64,000 bases of DNA from Vermamoeba vermiformis (taxonomy: Eukaryota): positions 1 through 64,000 of the forward strand of contig JBEWZL010000124.1 of assembly GCA_045837725.1 (NCBI GenBank), written 5' to 3'. The notes beneath the pieces were generated by a model. It was not told the origin of the DNA. It worked only from the letters and a program-made list of their open reading frames with translations, and ran no database searches. Positions 24,301 through 37,391 of this stretch are shown here, one piece after another (the first letter of the stretch is position 1; each line of letters begins with the position of its first letter). Both the position numbers and the translations under genes were made by a program.

Positions 24301-27255
24301 AGGCCGACGACTTGACCTCACCACGACAGATTCTCAATGTCTCGGCTAAGATTACTGTGGTAAGAACAGTACACCTTTAAATTAATGGACATCAGTATAA
24401 CAGCGCCTTCTATAATCAGAAAGAATCCTATGTACAGAAGTACGTGCGATGTTCTACTCTCGCACAAAAAATGCCCCTGTGGCGCGTGAAGCAGCTGGCT
24501 AGTGAGAGTTCAGTGCGATTGCACGGGCTTGTAGCCAACGCAGATAACACAATTCAGGATGCGTTTGGCGGTCCTGGCCGGGATGTAGCTGCACGCTCGA
24601 TATCATCTTATCCACTTGAAGCGTTCCCAAAGCCCAACGGTGAAATCGAGTTGAGTCCACTCGTGCGTCTCGGAGATCCGAACTGCGATCAATATTGCAT
24701 TGAACGGTACGTAGAGCAATGGAATGGCAATATATGTGCATTATATAATATAAAACACAGGTACGAGAGTCGTACTATTGCTGCGTTGGCAGATGGATGT
24801 AATTGGGGTGAGAAAGTTCGACGAGCCGCGCAACAAGCAAGCAGAACGTTTGTGGAATACGTGAAAAAACATCAGAACCAAGTAGTGAACCTTCAAGAAG
24901 CAGGAAAGCTATTCTTGCTGGTGCGTAATATTGGCCTGAAATATTTGCAATGTTTGGCGGAAAATATTTCCGCCGTTTTAATATTCGGGTGTAGCCTTTA
25001 ATTAACGCTATCTTTAGGCCTTTGCTAAAGCACATCATAAAATTATTGAAAGCGTGCAAGAGGAAAAGTGGTGGGAACTTGGTCAAACCACGTTACTTGG
25101 AGGCGCGTTAGTTCAAGTGCTTGATGGACCTTCGAACTGGGTATTCGTGTGTTGCTCAGTAGGCGACTGCAAGGCCTTCCATATATCCGTAAAGAATAGG
25201 TACTGTCTTATTTAACCAAATGTCGAACGCGTAAAATCTAATCTGCATTACAGAAAGTTTACGGATGTTACTACCGGTAGTAGAAGTGGCAATGCAGCCA
25301 CGGACGCGCGAGACAGTGGAGGTAGATTGGGTCCAGACGATAATGGTAATCCCATTCTAGGCAATTTGAATTTGTATTATCAGCCTGTGCAGGAGGTACG
25401 TACCCGATCGATCTGGATCGATCAGAACTTGGTTCAAATCCTAGCACGTTTTTAACTTGATATCTATATAGGGTGATATAATACTACTCGTATCTGACGG
25501 TGTTTACGACAACTTTGATCCTCAGCACATGGGTCTTACACCGCGAGATGTGGATTCACTTTTCGAGTACGACGACTGGCACTTAGTTCCTGCTAATGTT
25601 GCAGAGAGTTTGAAGACTCAGTTCATTTGTCAACACTTAGAAAAGTTGTTTAATGACTTTGCCGATGAAGAGCTGAAAGTAAGGCGAGATTTTTTCTCGA
25701 AATGGATCAGCAATCACGAGACTAAATTTAATCGCTTATAGAGCCACGATTTACTCGCGCTAGATATCGAGAAGTTCGTCAACTTGCTTACTAAGCACTG
25801 CTACGACTTTACTAAGGCATCGCGCGACTTTATGGAGACGAATCCAGGCAAGAAACAGCCAGCGGACTACAAGCTCTTCCCTGGCAAGATGGACCATACT
25901 ACTGCTGTAGCTATTAAGGTAACGTTACATCTAGATATCTATGAAACTCCGTCTACAAATCCATATTTGGAATCCTAATCGTGGATTTCCGGAGATTAAT
26001 TGTTCCTGGATTGCGGTTAAATGCGCACCTGGCGATCTAATTAAGGGGCCCTTAATGCCACTTACTTAAGAAATACATTACGAGTAATCTGATCATTATT
26101 TTGTAGGTTAAGCCAAGCGATCTGAGCTCTGTCGAACAAGAACTCGATGGCTTAATCATGAAGATGAGGCACCCGCTATCGGGAATCACCGCTCAAAAGA
26201 GAAACAAGACTGGACGAGGCTCAAATGCCGAGTCTCCGCCAGGCACACTTACCTCGCTTAACGTTGCAATGAGCAGCTCACCGACGAACCCGAGTCCTAG
26301 TAACTCACTGGTTAACACCAATATACTCCCCGCTGCCTCGAGCAGTGAAGATAGTGTTATTCCGTTTACTGGTATGAATCGGCAATACTAAGGCTAAGCA
26401 CGGAAGTGGATCTAACAAACTTTGCAGGATCGGAAGTCATTCAGTGGCTGTCAAACAATGGTCATTCGAGACTACAATGCGAGAAATTGGCGCAGTTAAT
26501 GCTCAATTTTGCATACATCTGCCCTATTACCGAACTCGACAATCACAATTCTGAAACGTTTTCCGTAGACGCGCTTTATCGATTCCAAGTACGTCATCCT
26601 TCTTTCTTGCTAGTATTATTGTTTTGCTTCGTGCTGACAGGCGTGTTATTAGGTCTTTGAACCCATTCTGAATCGACGTGATTGGGATTTGATTCTGCAA
26701 GGTTCGCGAATCATCACTTACAACAAAGGCGACAAAATCATCCAAGAAGGAAAGAACCAGCACCAACGCATTTTCCATATCATTAGCGGTACCTGTCGCA
26801 TTGAGAAGAGGAATAAGAAGTCCGGAGACAAAAGGTAAGTTGTCCGTGCCCGATTACACGAAGACGAAATTTTCTAAATTAAGCGTATTCATCAACTTGA
26901 TCCAATTCGAATTCCAGAACTTATTATTTATTAACGTATATGACTGCGCACACGAATTCAATAACATTAACTAATTACGGTTATTTCAAGTAAAAGCAAA
27001 CTCGTCTTGGGAACCATCCGTGATACCGAAACCTTCGGCGAGATAGGATTCCTTGAAGGAGGTCCAGCGAGTGCTAGCGTCATAGCTGATAGCGAGACTG
27101 TCTCCGTGTATATTATTGATGGCAACTTCATTAATATCCTTTTTGTGGTATTCCCCAGTTTGGCTGGCAGGTTCTACCATTACTTGGCCTCGGTGCTGGC
27201 GAGACGCTTACGCAAACAAGAAGCAGCGTATTTTCAGAAGTTTAATCAACAGTAG
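21323..27255 (+). CDS. Large multidomain protein: PH - MORN - cNMP-binding - SnoaL/NTF2-like - GRAM - PP2C-like - DEP - cNMP-binding
   Basis: The exons I checked join in frame. Motifs: PH (LIREG...AKSEEEKTEFVNEI); MORN (YEGEWKNGKIHGRGKF, FEGDWNG); cNMP (YKKGDIILAQGD...FGEMSVL); SnoaL (WLAAWN...FAKDVIYRDP); GRAM (KFGLPKSEILIKEYTCSL...GTMYIS); PP2C-like (ALADGCNWG, SVGDCKAF, DSGGRLGP, SDGVYDNFDP, GKMDH); DEP (FTGSEVIQWL); cNMP (FGEIGFLEG). Confidence 0.8.
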
Positions 27256-27608
27256 TTAATGTAATAAATATACCATTCAGAATTGATGGATACATTATCC
27301 AAACGGGCTTGTTGATTAATTAATTGATAGTGTTTGTCAATAGGGCCGAGTAGAAGTAAATCAATATGCTATTGACCTCGTACGAACCGAAAGCGATTTC
27401 AGATCCAACGCAGCGAATTTTTCCTAATTAGGATCTGCCCGAAACTAAAAACAGCACAACTCAATCTTTGAAGTCGAAAGAGCGGTAAAATTAGTTGCAA
27501 TTTAACCCGCTCAGATCAAAGTATCATTAGTTGTCCCGTTAAGATAGTAATTTTCAAAACGGATCGCAAAAATTATAGTTTCGATTTATCGCTTATGTAC
27601 ATCTCGGA

Positions 27609-28046
27609 TTATTCATCCAACAACTTTTTAATACTCATTTTCTCCTTACTTGAGCTTTGTTTCTCTTCCTCTTCATCGTTGTCCGCTTTGTGTTGACTGA
27701 TCGAAGTAGATTGCGGACCAGTATCAGCGCGCTGCTCGTTTGTATTGTCTTGAGAGCTTGGATTTGCTAACGACCATACAAAAGTCTCCGGATTTTTCGA
27801 AACAATTCCTCCAGTCAGCTTCTCTGTCACTTCTCGTGGGATCTTTGGCATGGATTTCTTGTAGCTCTTCCACACTATAGTATTTTCAGGCGGTACTACC
27901 GTCTTTCGTTCGTGCTTCGTCTTTCGTCTTTTATTTGCCGGTGGCTGTTGCTCTTTATTATTATTTTCAGCGTCTTCGTTGTTAGTCGCTTCCTTATCTT
28001 CATTGTCACCTTTTCGCTCGTCTGTATTTTCTAGTCTTCTTTTCAT
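27609..28046 (-). CDS. Small charged hypothetical protein, probably nuclear
   Basis: 145-aa single-exon ORF with ATG, a KRRKTK basic patch and a C-terminal KMSIKKLL motif. No family recognised. Confidence 0.55.
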   Translation of the reverse strand: MKRRLENTDERKGDNEDKEATNNEDAENNNKEQQPPANKRRKTKHERKTVVPPENTIVWKSYKKSMPKIPREVTEKLTGGIVSKNPETFVWSLANPSSQDNTNEQRADTGPQSTSISQHKADNDEEEEKQSSSKEKMSIKKLLDE

Positions 28047-29226
28047 CGTTAAGTGACCGGATCATTCAGATGATTCTTGAAAGTGGCGCGCTGAGAAGAT
28101 AAATTTTGCAGATCTGTCCCGCGTTTCTCGTCTAAATAATCCAGCTCAACAAAAAATCAAAAAAATATGGCGACAATTGCGCTTAAGGTGTGGTTATCGA
28201 TACATAAAATGAAAATAAATAACAAACTTGTGTTTCACCAAGAAACTAAACGCGTTTACTATTTTTCCTTATCTGGCAAATTTAACTAATTTAGCTCTGG
28301 GCTCTCTTCCCTATACTCTCTTTTCTACCTCGGTATTTGTTTATGCTTTATTTAATAATGTTGTGTGGTCACCAATTGCTTTTTAATTGAATGCTCCAGT
28401 TGACCTTCGGTAAATGAGTTTTCGCTAGATATTTTTAGCTTATCGATCTATTGAATAGCTTTGGTTCGAGGACTCAAATTAGAGGTATTTAGGAGGCTAA
28501 GAGAGGAGTGTCATGAATTCTTCACGGATCTACGGAATTCTACCGGCGGATATTTACTTATCGATTGCCGAAACAGGCGCGAGTTATTCCGCCGCAACAT
28601 GATCCGACGGTTCAGAGCGTAATCGTTAATATGGGATTTTGAAGACAAGCAAAAAAATAAGTTTATTTTGCGTGGGATCGCCTCCTTTAAACAGGCAAAA
28701 TAAATTGTATTTGCCTTTTGAAGAACAATAAATGAAATTTATGAGTTTAATAATACGTATCGTGTAGAATCTTACCCAGAGTTAGCATTGCATCAAGCAC
28801 CATTCAAAAGAGTATACCGAGCGTGTGAGCGGATTACCCGAAACTCGTAATTCGCGTAAACAAGGAGCTTTCGAACGTGCGCGTTAAGTAAAGTGTCCAT
28901 TTGGTCTTGTCAATCAGTGAACTAGACGTGTTGACGTTGATATTACTTTTTTTACCTTGGCGAACGCGATACAAATACTTGCGCAACCAAGTACATGATT
29001 GCCGGAATAATATGTGCTTCCACTTCGTAAATGAATTGATAATAATTTGTGCACGCAGCAAAATGTTTTTTTGGCGCTATTTTAAGCTGAATATTTTGCG
29101 ATAAAATCTTGCCCACAAAATCTTGTATAATTAGCGAGGGGCTTTTTATATTAATGTAGCAATTTTAAGAAGAGGGCATAATATATGAATTTATAAAACA
29201 ACGCCTCATATGCGCGCAAACGAATT

Positions 29227-32200
29227 ATGACATCCCCTGATCCGTTTGAATATTTTTTGATTGTCCAGTTGGACACAGATAAAGGTAATTTAAATTATTT
29301 TCGAGCATACGCACTCTCGGCTTTGCAATTTTACGCGTTAATAAATTTGTTCGATTGAAAGTTGCTTGGATTTAAACCACTAAATTGGTTACCTTAGAAA
29401 ATTGAATTAAATTCGCGCTTTGGCAAATATAGCATTGTTATATTAATTTAATAATTATTTGCTTTGTAGAACCGCCCCAGCCTGTTATTACTTTTCAATT
29501 TCCAGACAAGATCACTGAAAATGTAATAACATCAAAAATCCCGCAATTTTGCTTTCCAGAGGCAACAGAACTATTAAAATCGGAATTCGAAGATAACCAA
29601 GAGTAAGCGATAGTATAATTTATTCAATTGAATTGTGATCGCCGAATAACAAATCTACAGAAAAATTGTTGAGACTTTCTCGTTTGTAATTACAGCTGTA
29701 GATGGTAGTAAGCGGTAAGTTAATTAATGCAAGTATTTTACTTTAAAAGCGGATCTAATGTAATAATTATTTAGGTACGCGTACTGCCGGCGGTATTTTT
29801 TCAAAAGCAAGTCGATAAAACCCGAGTGTTTATGCCTTGTCAGCACATGGTAATGTCTACTATAATCTGAACTATATTACACCGCCATTGGTTTTCATTC
29901 TAACGTGCAAACAGTTCATCATTCAGCTTGTTCTCGCAAATTCTCGATATTGTTGAATTGAAGCGCGATTCTGAAGGCAACAAATCAGTGTTCAGACTGC
30001 TCAATGCCATTCTCGCGCAGCCCTTCCCGCACCCTGGCGACACCATCACGGTGAAGACGTTCTCGCTCGATGCTGAGAAGAACGACGGCCAAATTAAGTC
30101 AGAAATTTATCGTCTTACACGATCTGACAACGATTACGAGTACTTGGAATACGTGAGTAACAATAGGACATGATTTCTAACGTTGAGAATGGCACTAAAT
30201 GTGAGTGATTTGTGACAGGTGACATTCGACCCTTTGTTTCACACGCTGAGTCTCGAGCAAATTTTGTATATATTTGAATGTGTCTTGCTCGAGAAGAAGC
30301 TGATCGTGTGCGCGAAGCATTTGGACACTTTGACAGCGTGCGTCAATGCAATTTCAGCCCTGGTCTATCCGTTCTATTGGCAGGTACGCACTCCCCGATT
30401 AAAAATCTCCGAATATCATTTAACGTTAATTATTAGTGCGTATTTGTACCGCTACTGCCCGAGTCGTTGATTAATTTTGTGTGCGCGCCAATGCCATTTT
30501 TAGTTGGTATTTTGAAGTCATCACTACCACAAGTCGATAAACAGTCCATGGAAGCAGTAAGTCTAAGCAGAGTGGTTGCATAATGGTATTAATTATCGTA
30601 GGACGTTCTCTTGATTGACCTCGACGAGGCGAAATTTTTGCGACAACCTCCTGAAGAGCAGCTGGGTTATATTCCGCCCTATCTTCGCGCGTCACTCGAG
30701 AAGAATTTGGCTAAAGTTATCAAGAGCGGCAGACGTAAGTCGTTGATCCGTAATATGAAACTTGTTGACCTCGGCATTATAGGAGGCATGGAGTTCAATA
30801 TCCTCGTTGCACACTCGTTCTTGAGGTTTTTTTCTGAGATCTTCGGAGATTATCCGAAATATTTCAAGAATAGAGACAGCGACAATCCTGACGCACCCCC
30901 TGCAACGCCGCGACTGAAGTTTAATTTGAAAAAGTTCATTCGAAGCAAAACATCAGAAGTTAAAAGAGTAAGTTCTTAGATCTGTTATTAGACGATCTTA
31001 TCACGCGCATGTCAGGCGAATACTAACGTTTGCAATAGTTTTTGGATCAATTTAAGACGATGCAAATGTGGGAAGTGTTCATTCATGAACGAGAAGAAAT
31101 GGCTGAACGAGATAACTTGGGCTATTGTGCTTTGTTACGAACCAGTGAGGCTGAACTCAAGAAGAAAATTCAAGTCGCGTAAGTGCTTTCTAAAACACTC
31201 ATATGACAGCAATCTGATGGTGATTCAGTGGCCGTTGTACGAAGTGCGGTAAGCGGATGGTGGACAAAAAAGGCGAGTACGTGTGTCCTCGATGCGATCT
31301 GGGCATCGAGAAAAAGAACGTGGCCAGCACCATTCGTAAGAAGTTGAATCAGTTCTTCCAGATTGAAGAGAAAGAAAAGGATAAGGACAAGTCAGAAACG
31401 CGAGAGCGACGCGACACGGTCACTTCAAACTCATCTGTAAATAATAACAATCAATTAACACCGCCCACTACAAGTGACGACAAGTCAGTGAGCAGTGTCG
31501 AAGAAGAGAGCGTGTCCTCGCCGCGACGAAGTTCTGACCCTCAACCGAGCTCTAATGCCACCAACGCTTCATTGACTACCTCAAAGAAGAGACACTTGCC
31601 ACCGCTTCCAATTCCCAAGAAGGAGAAAGACAAGGACAAGTCGTCCAAAGAGAAGGCAAAGACAGATAGAGACGAAGGTACGAGCACTGGCACGGGCAAG
31701 CCACCAGTACCGCCAAAACGAAGGTCGATGGTCCTCAACGCCCAAAAAATTCGTAATCTGTTCACGCCACGCACCAAAGACAAGAGCACGTCACCACCAC
31801 AACTGGATCTATCGAAGTTAGACACCTCTGATGATGAGGAAAGCACGAGTGGATCTGCACGTCGAAGTTTTAGCGGTAGTGATGATCCTGAGAGGTAAGT
31901 CTCGCTAGTGCAAGGCCAAATAATGCAATAGTCTCATAGTTGTTTTTTAGTTCATCGCATTACAGCATGAGCAGCAACGTGCCATCAAAGGCAGTCAAGT
32001 TACTGGGCAGCGGGAGGTATGCACATGAAAGATTTATTTGAACTCATGACTGACACTTTTCTCAGTAGCAGGAGTAAAGCTCCAACGAGCCAGTCGAGCA
32101 CATCCATGGCCGTCAACTTGAACTACTCGGGCACGAAGTTGTTGTCCTCGCGACCTTCACCAAAGTGGCGCGAACAACTGGCCTTGCTGTACAACAACTC

Positions 32201-33849
32201 AACGTACTCGGACGTAGTTTTGCAATCCACTGATCGTGTTGAGTTCCGCACGTACAGACCGTTGATTATTGCAAGATTCCCAAAGCTGGGCGCGTTCTTT
32301 AAACCCCGTGACGGCAAGTTCCTTGGCAAGGTTCACGTGCCTATTCCATTGCACTCGAGCATCATCGAATCGTTGTTGACATACCTCGTCAAAGACCGAT
32401 TCTTGTTTGACAAATTGCAAGAAGAGCATTTCTTCGAGCTGTTAGAATTCATCGACACAGATCTGCCCACGTACCGCAAGTGCTGCTTTGTGGCCATCAA
32501 GAGGAAGATGTCACCGAGGACGTTCATCAACTTCCTAGATATTTGTCATTTGAAACGAGAAGCGCACACGAAGACACCGCGAGAATTCCCGGCCGTAAAT
32601 CACGTGACTGCTATTTACAACATGTGCAAGCTGTACTTCGCCAAGAACCAAACACTGATCCTGGAGAAGGTAGCAGGCAACGTGCTGACTTCAAAGTTGC
32701 CAATCGAATTTGTGCTCGAGAGTTTGAAGCTACAGAGCGATGAGTTGGAGATGGACCGGCTCGAGAGACAGTTTGAAGGTGCCGACAAACAGCTCGATGA
32801 CACGCTACGCGAGAGCATGAAGACCTTGCTGACTACCGGAGAGAACTTCGATTTTGTGATCAACTTCAGCACTGGCCAAAAGGTGAACACCCACAGCGGC
32901 ATCCTTTCAGTGCGCAGTGGTGTGTTCCAAAACATGTTCCACGGTGGCTCTAATGGTCCGCTGGTCGTGAAGCACGAGATGAACATCAGCGAGTCGATCA
33001 GCTCGCACGAGGCGTTCCAACATTTCTTACACTTCTTGTACACGGACTCATTTGACACGAGTGCACTCAAATTGGACTTGACGTCGGAGAACTCGCAGCG
33101 CTTGATCAGTGAGATTGGGCACTTGAGCACGTACTTTGATGTGGACAAAGTGACCTTCCAACAAGCGTTGTTGGGTGTCGTCGTGTCGCATGTGACTGCA
33201 ACCAACATCTTCGATCTGTTGAGCATCAAAGCGCCGACCGTAACACCTGCACTATTACCTGCCATGCGCGTGTCACGGTCAGATCTGACAGGCGTTATTG
33301 AAGTTGCAACATCATCTAGTCCTGAGCTGCCTCGTCAAGAAGTACCTGGCCTGACAGTCACTCGCTCTGAAGAGACTATGCAAGACGACATTCAAGAAGG
33401 TAAGGTCAAGACCTAGGTCTCGCTGGAAAACTAACTTCTTTGTAGGCGTACGACCCACGAGCAAATCAGTCTGTGAGCCATCAGCACCCTCTTGGCTATC
33501 CTCAGAAAGCAGCGACAATGTCAAAAGCGAGAACACGAGTGCAAATTCGACACCGCGCAACAGCGTGACAATTCCGATCTCGGTTGTCAAAGTGTCAAGT
33601 ACGGGCAGTCAAAATGTCATTCGCCTTCCCTCACAGCCCTCGAAGTTCCCCGCGAGCCGCTTAGTGTTCGGCCGAGAAATGATTATCAATGCTGCTTGGA
33701 CTTTTGCTCGCGAGCACCTTCAAGAGATCACGGAGGGCAAGCAGATCAACACCGCATCCAATGACAGCTTATTGCAGCTGCTGAAGTTTGCAGTTGAAGA
33801 AAATGCCAAACTCAAACAAAAGCTCCTCGATAATGACGTGGAGTACTAA
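29227..33849 (+). CDS. DENN-domain (Rab GEF) protein with Cys knuckle, disordered linker and two BTB-like domains
   Basis: uDENN FEYFLIV, IPQFCFP, FSFVITAVDGSKRYAYCRR; DENN LLEKKLIV, YPFYWQ, APMPFLVGI; dDENN QFKTMQMWEVFIHER; CTKC..CPRC; BTB YSDVVL and FDFVINF...THSGILSVRSGVFQNMF...FLHFLYTD. The linking exons at 31951-32016 are in frame. Confidence 0.8.
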
Positions 33850-33976
33850 CCTTATTTATTCTGTTTTAATATATCGCCTTTTTGTGTTCAAATAAAATGT
33901 AACATTTAAACTTGTTCAGTTTCGAATATTTATTTAACGAAGATGACCACACCGTTTTCGAAAACAGAAAAAATAC

Positions 33977-36900
33977 ATGGATAAAATTGTAGAGACAGCC
34001 TTACGGTCTGTGCTAAAAGTAAGGGATCTTGTTTTTTAGTAGAATTTGGCCCATTTAAATTCGGAGTACTATTTTTTTTGCGCATTAAACTGATTATTCC
34101 ATGGTACCCTTTTATTACTGCCGAAGGATATAGTTTTTTGAATTTTTGGAGGGAAGATCTGATTTTATTGTTAGAAATATTTTGGCTTCACGAGCTTTCG
34201 TGAGCACCAAGAAGATATAATTCGAGCGTGCTTGGAAGGAGAAGATCAATTTGTTTGCATGCCCACAGCTTCAGGAAAATCTTTGTGTTACCAGATGCCG
34301 CCACTCGTAACAGATAAAGTTGGCATCGTAATCTCGCCTTTAATTAGGTACAATGTCCAATAATTACTATGTTTTTGCGTATTACTAACGAATCAATGCA
34401 GTCTGATGAATGACCAAGTTATGAAAATGACTCAGTAAGCTTGCACGAGCATGCAGAATTAATTTTAACGTAGAAATTTGAAAATAGATCGAATATTAAA
34501 GCCACATTTTTGGGTTCTGGTCAACAAGACAACTCTGCATTCTCGGATGCCATGAAAGGCAACTATTCAATTGGTACGCCATCCTAATTCATATCATGAT
34601 GCTAATTTATCGTATGGTAGTATATATCACACCTGAAAAGCTGAAGAGTTGCATTGGCGAGTTGAGAAATTTGCACAAAACAAAAGGCATTCAATTATTC
34701 GCCGTTGACGAGTCTCATTGCGTCTCTGAATGGTAATTAACAACGTTATATGCTAGCATAAATTAATGTGTCGTTAATAGGGGTCATGAATTCCGAACGG
34801 ATTTTGCCAAACTCGATGTTATTCGCCAGAACTTTCCGGATGTACCTTTGATGGCGCTGACAGCCACTGCAACCTCAAAAGTTCAAGCGGATATTATATC
34901 CAAATTAAGGCTAAGAAATCCGAAGATAACCAAAGCATCCTACAACAGGTAATCAGGGTATTTTCGAGAGTCTGGATCTTGCTCACTCTGTTATCATTAG
35001 GCCCAATTTATTCTACGAAGTGAAGTTGAAGAAGAGCATCGAAGAAGATTTATCGTTTTTAGTAACCGAAACTCATTCAACAATTATTTATTGCCCAACC
35101 ATTCAAGAGACGGAGGACGTGGCGCAGTTTCTAAAAGCACGTGGCGCCAAGGCAGCGTTTTATCACGGCAAAATGGACCATGTGTTTCGCAATCAAATTC
35201 ACACGCAATTTGCAACGGACGAGCTCAACATCATCGTGGCAACGATTGCATTTGGCATGGGCGTGGACAAGCCTGATGTGCGCAATGTAATTCATTATGG
35301 TCCTTCCAAAAGTATCGAATCTTATTACCAAGAGTCTGGGCGTGCTGGACGTGACAGCTTGTCAGCTAAATGCGTCATGTTTTACGTACCACAAGGTCAG
35401 GAACACAATTCTTCACGCCAAAAGTACGAGCATTAACAACCTGAGCAGATTTTACCAAAGCGGATGTGAGGTTCAACATGAGCCCTGATAAAGTGGTGCG
35501 GGCGGAGAATAAGGACAAGTTACAAGCAATGAAAGATTATGCGACGAACACGATTGCGTGCAGGAGGAAAATGATCTTGGAGTACTTTGAAGAGCAGTAC
35601 GATCCGTTCAACTGCGGCAATTGTGACAATTGTATGGCCATTTTGAACAACAGCAATCACTCCATGCAAGATTTTACCGAGGTAATGGATCGAGGACACG
35701 CGACTTTGAACAGCATTTGATGGCTAACTTATTATTTAGGATGTGTTACTGCTGTTGAAATCGATTAAAGCCACGGGCGAGAGATACGGCTTGACGGTGC
35801 CTATTCAACTTCTGCTTGGCAAGAAGGATAACAGATTGATTTCGACTGACGGTAAGAATGACAAGGCTATCCAACAGCACGCTAACACCTAGGCACAGAG
35901 ATCACTGGAGTGTCAGGCAAAGGCAAGATAAGGTCAGAAAAGTGGTGGAAAGAGCTCGCCATGGTGATTAAGAACTACAAGTTGATCGAAGAAACGAGTT
36001 CGCAGTTCTACGTGACTTATCGATTGAGTCCTAAAGGCGCACTAATCGTGTCTAATCCTGCTGTCTATTCACCGATAATGTTACCCGCTACAAAAGTAAT
36101 GACCGCGGAAGAGCTCGCTGCTGAAAAGAAAGCCCGTCTAGAGTACGTTTATGACACGTGTCAATGCAGTGGTACTAATCAAGACTTATTTAGGGAGTTG
36201 CGTAATCCTCAACACAAGTTCAAAAAGATGGACGAAGAGACGGTCATGCTGTTCGGTGAGCTGTTCAAACTGCGCAAAGAACAAGCTCAGCAGCGAAAGA
36301 TTGCACCGTACATGATCTTCAGCGAGGCTGTGCTCGGTCTACTGTCGAAGCACAGACCAGCTGATGACACGCACTTCAGTCTCATCGAAGGCATTGACGA
36401 GCAGAAAGCGAAGGACTACGGACCAATATTCACGAGGGCAATTGCTGACTTTTGTCTAGCGCACAAGCTCGAAACCAATGTATTCGACAACAGCACACTG
36501 GACAAGAGGTAACAAATAGAAAACGATTGAAAGAAGGTACTAATCGGGACTTTATAGTGAGCATAGAAAAGCATTATTACCACCAGCACAGCTGAAGAAA
36601 TCAACGAGTAAGATGCGCGGGCAAGGTGCAGTCATGAACCCGAGCGTCAGAAGGTCAAATCAAATTGTCAGCGAGGAACTTAGTGATGACGATGACGATG
36701 CCATAGCCGATGCCATGATGAATGAAATTGATGAGCCAGTGAAGAGTACTAGTGCCAGGCAAGAGACAAAGGCCAAAGATGAAATGGAGGTCACACAAGG
36801 GCCCGGCGATTACGACGTTGTGCAGTTAGACAACAACGAAGAAGCGACACAGAAACGAGGCATGAAGCGGAAACTACCGTCTTGGTCACAGCCACGTGCT

Positions 36901-37266
36901 TACGGAGGCCTTCCGCTGACCAGCTCGTACAAGAAGACGACTCCATCAGCCGATACGCAGGACGCTAACAAGAGCAGCGCTAATACTAGCAATGCGGTGT
37001 CTTCGTCGCAAGTGCTGTTCTCGTTGCCGCAACCCTCAGCGAGTTCTGGTCGAGTGATGTTGACACGAGGAAATTACGAGCCTGAAGATGCTATTGACAT
37101 CGATGAGCCGCCGAACAAGAGAGCGAGAGTGGATCCGATGCAGACTGGCGATGAGAGCGGTGATGTGCTGATTAGAACTTCAGTGCTCGGTCAGTACATG
37201 TTCAACTCCAAAGAGATGTCGCCCTTAGAGTTGTTCACTTACTTCGAGGCACAGCGACAATTGTAG
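33977..37266 (+). CDS. recQ: RecQ-family DNA helicase with Zn/RQC and HRDC domains
   Basis: MPTASGKSLCYQ, VDESHCVSEWGHEFR, ALTATA, ATIAFGMGVDKPDVR, YYQESGRAGRD, CRR...CGNCDNC, HRDC-like APYMIFSE. Confidence 0.92.
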
Positions 37267-37391
37267 CTTCACTTGAACCAGGGAACCTTGAACCACTGTA
37301 AATAATATTGCGAAAAAATTCTTGTGCGTTCGTGTAAATTATCATCAATAGCACATAGACTCATTAACTAAATTCAGTTAATTGCGTAACT

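Noticed and set aside
28100-29100. Possible small spliced gene between the 145-aa ORF and the DENN gene
   Set aside because: Splice-like signals are present, but no convincing frame or motif could be assembled.
32615-33265. 216-aa minus-strand ORF, and similar antisense ORFs at 11954-14411, 60256-60811 and 61188-61695
   Set aside because: These are antisense shadows of well-supported coding exons with biased codon usage.
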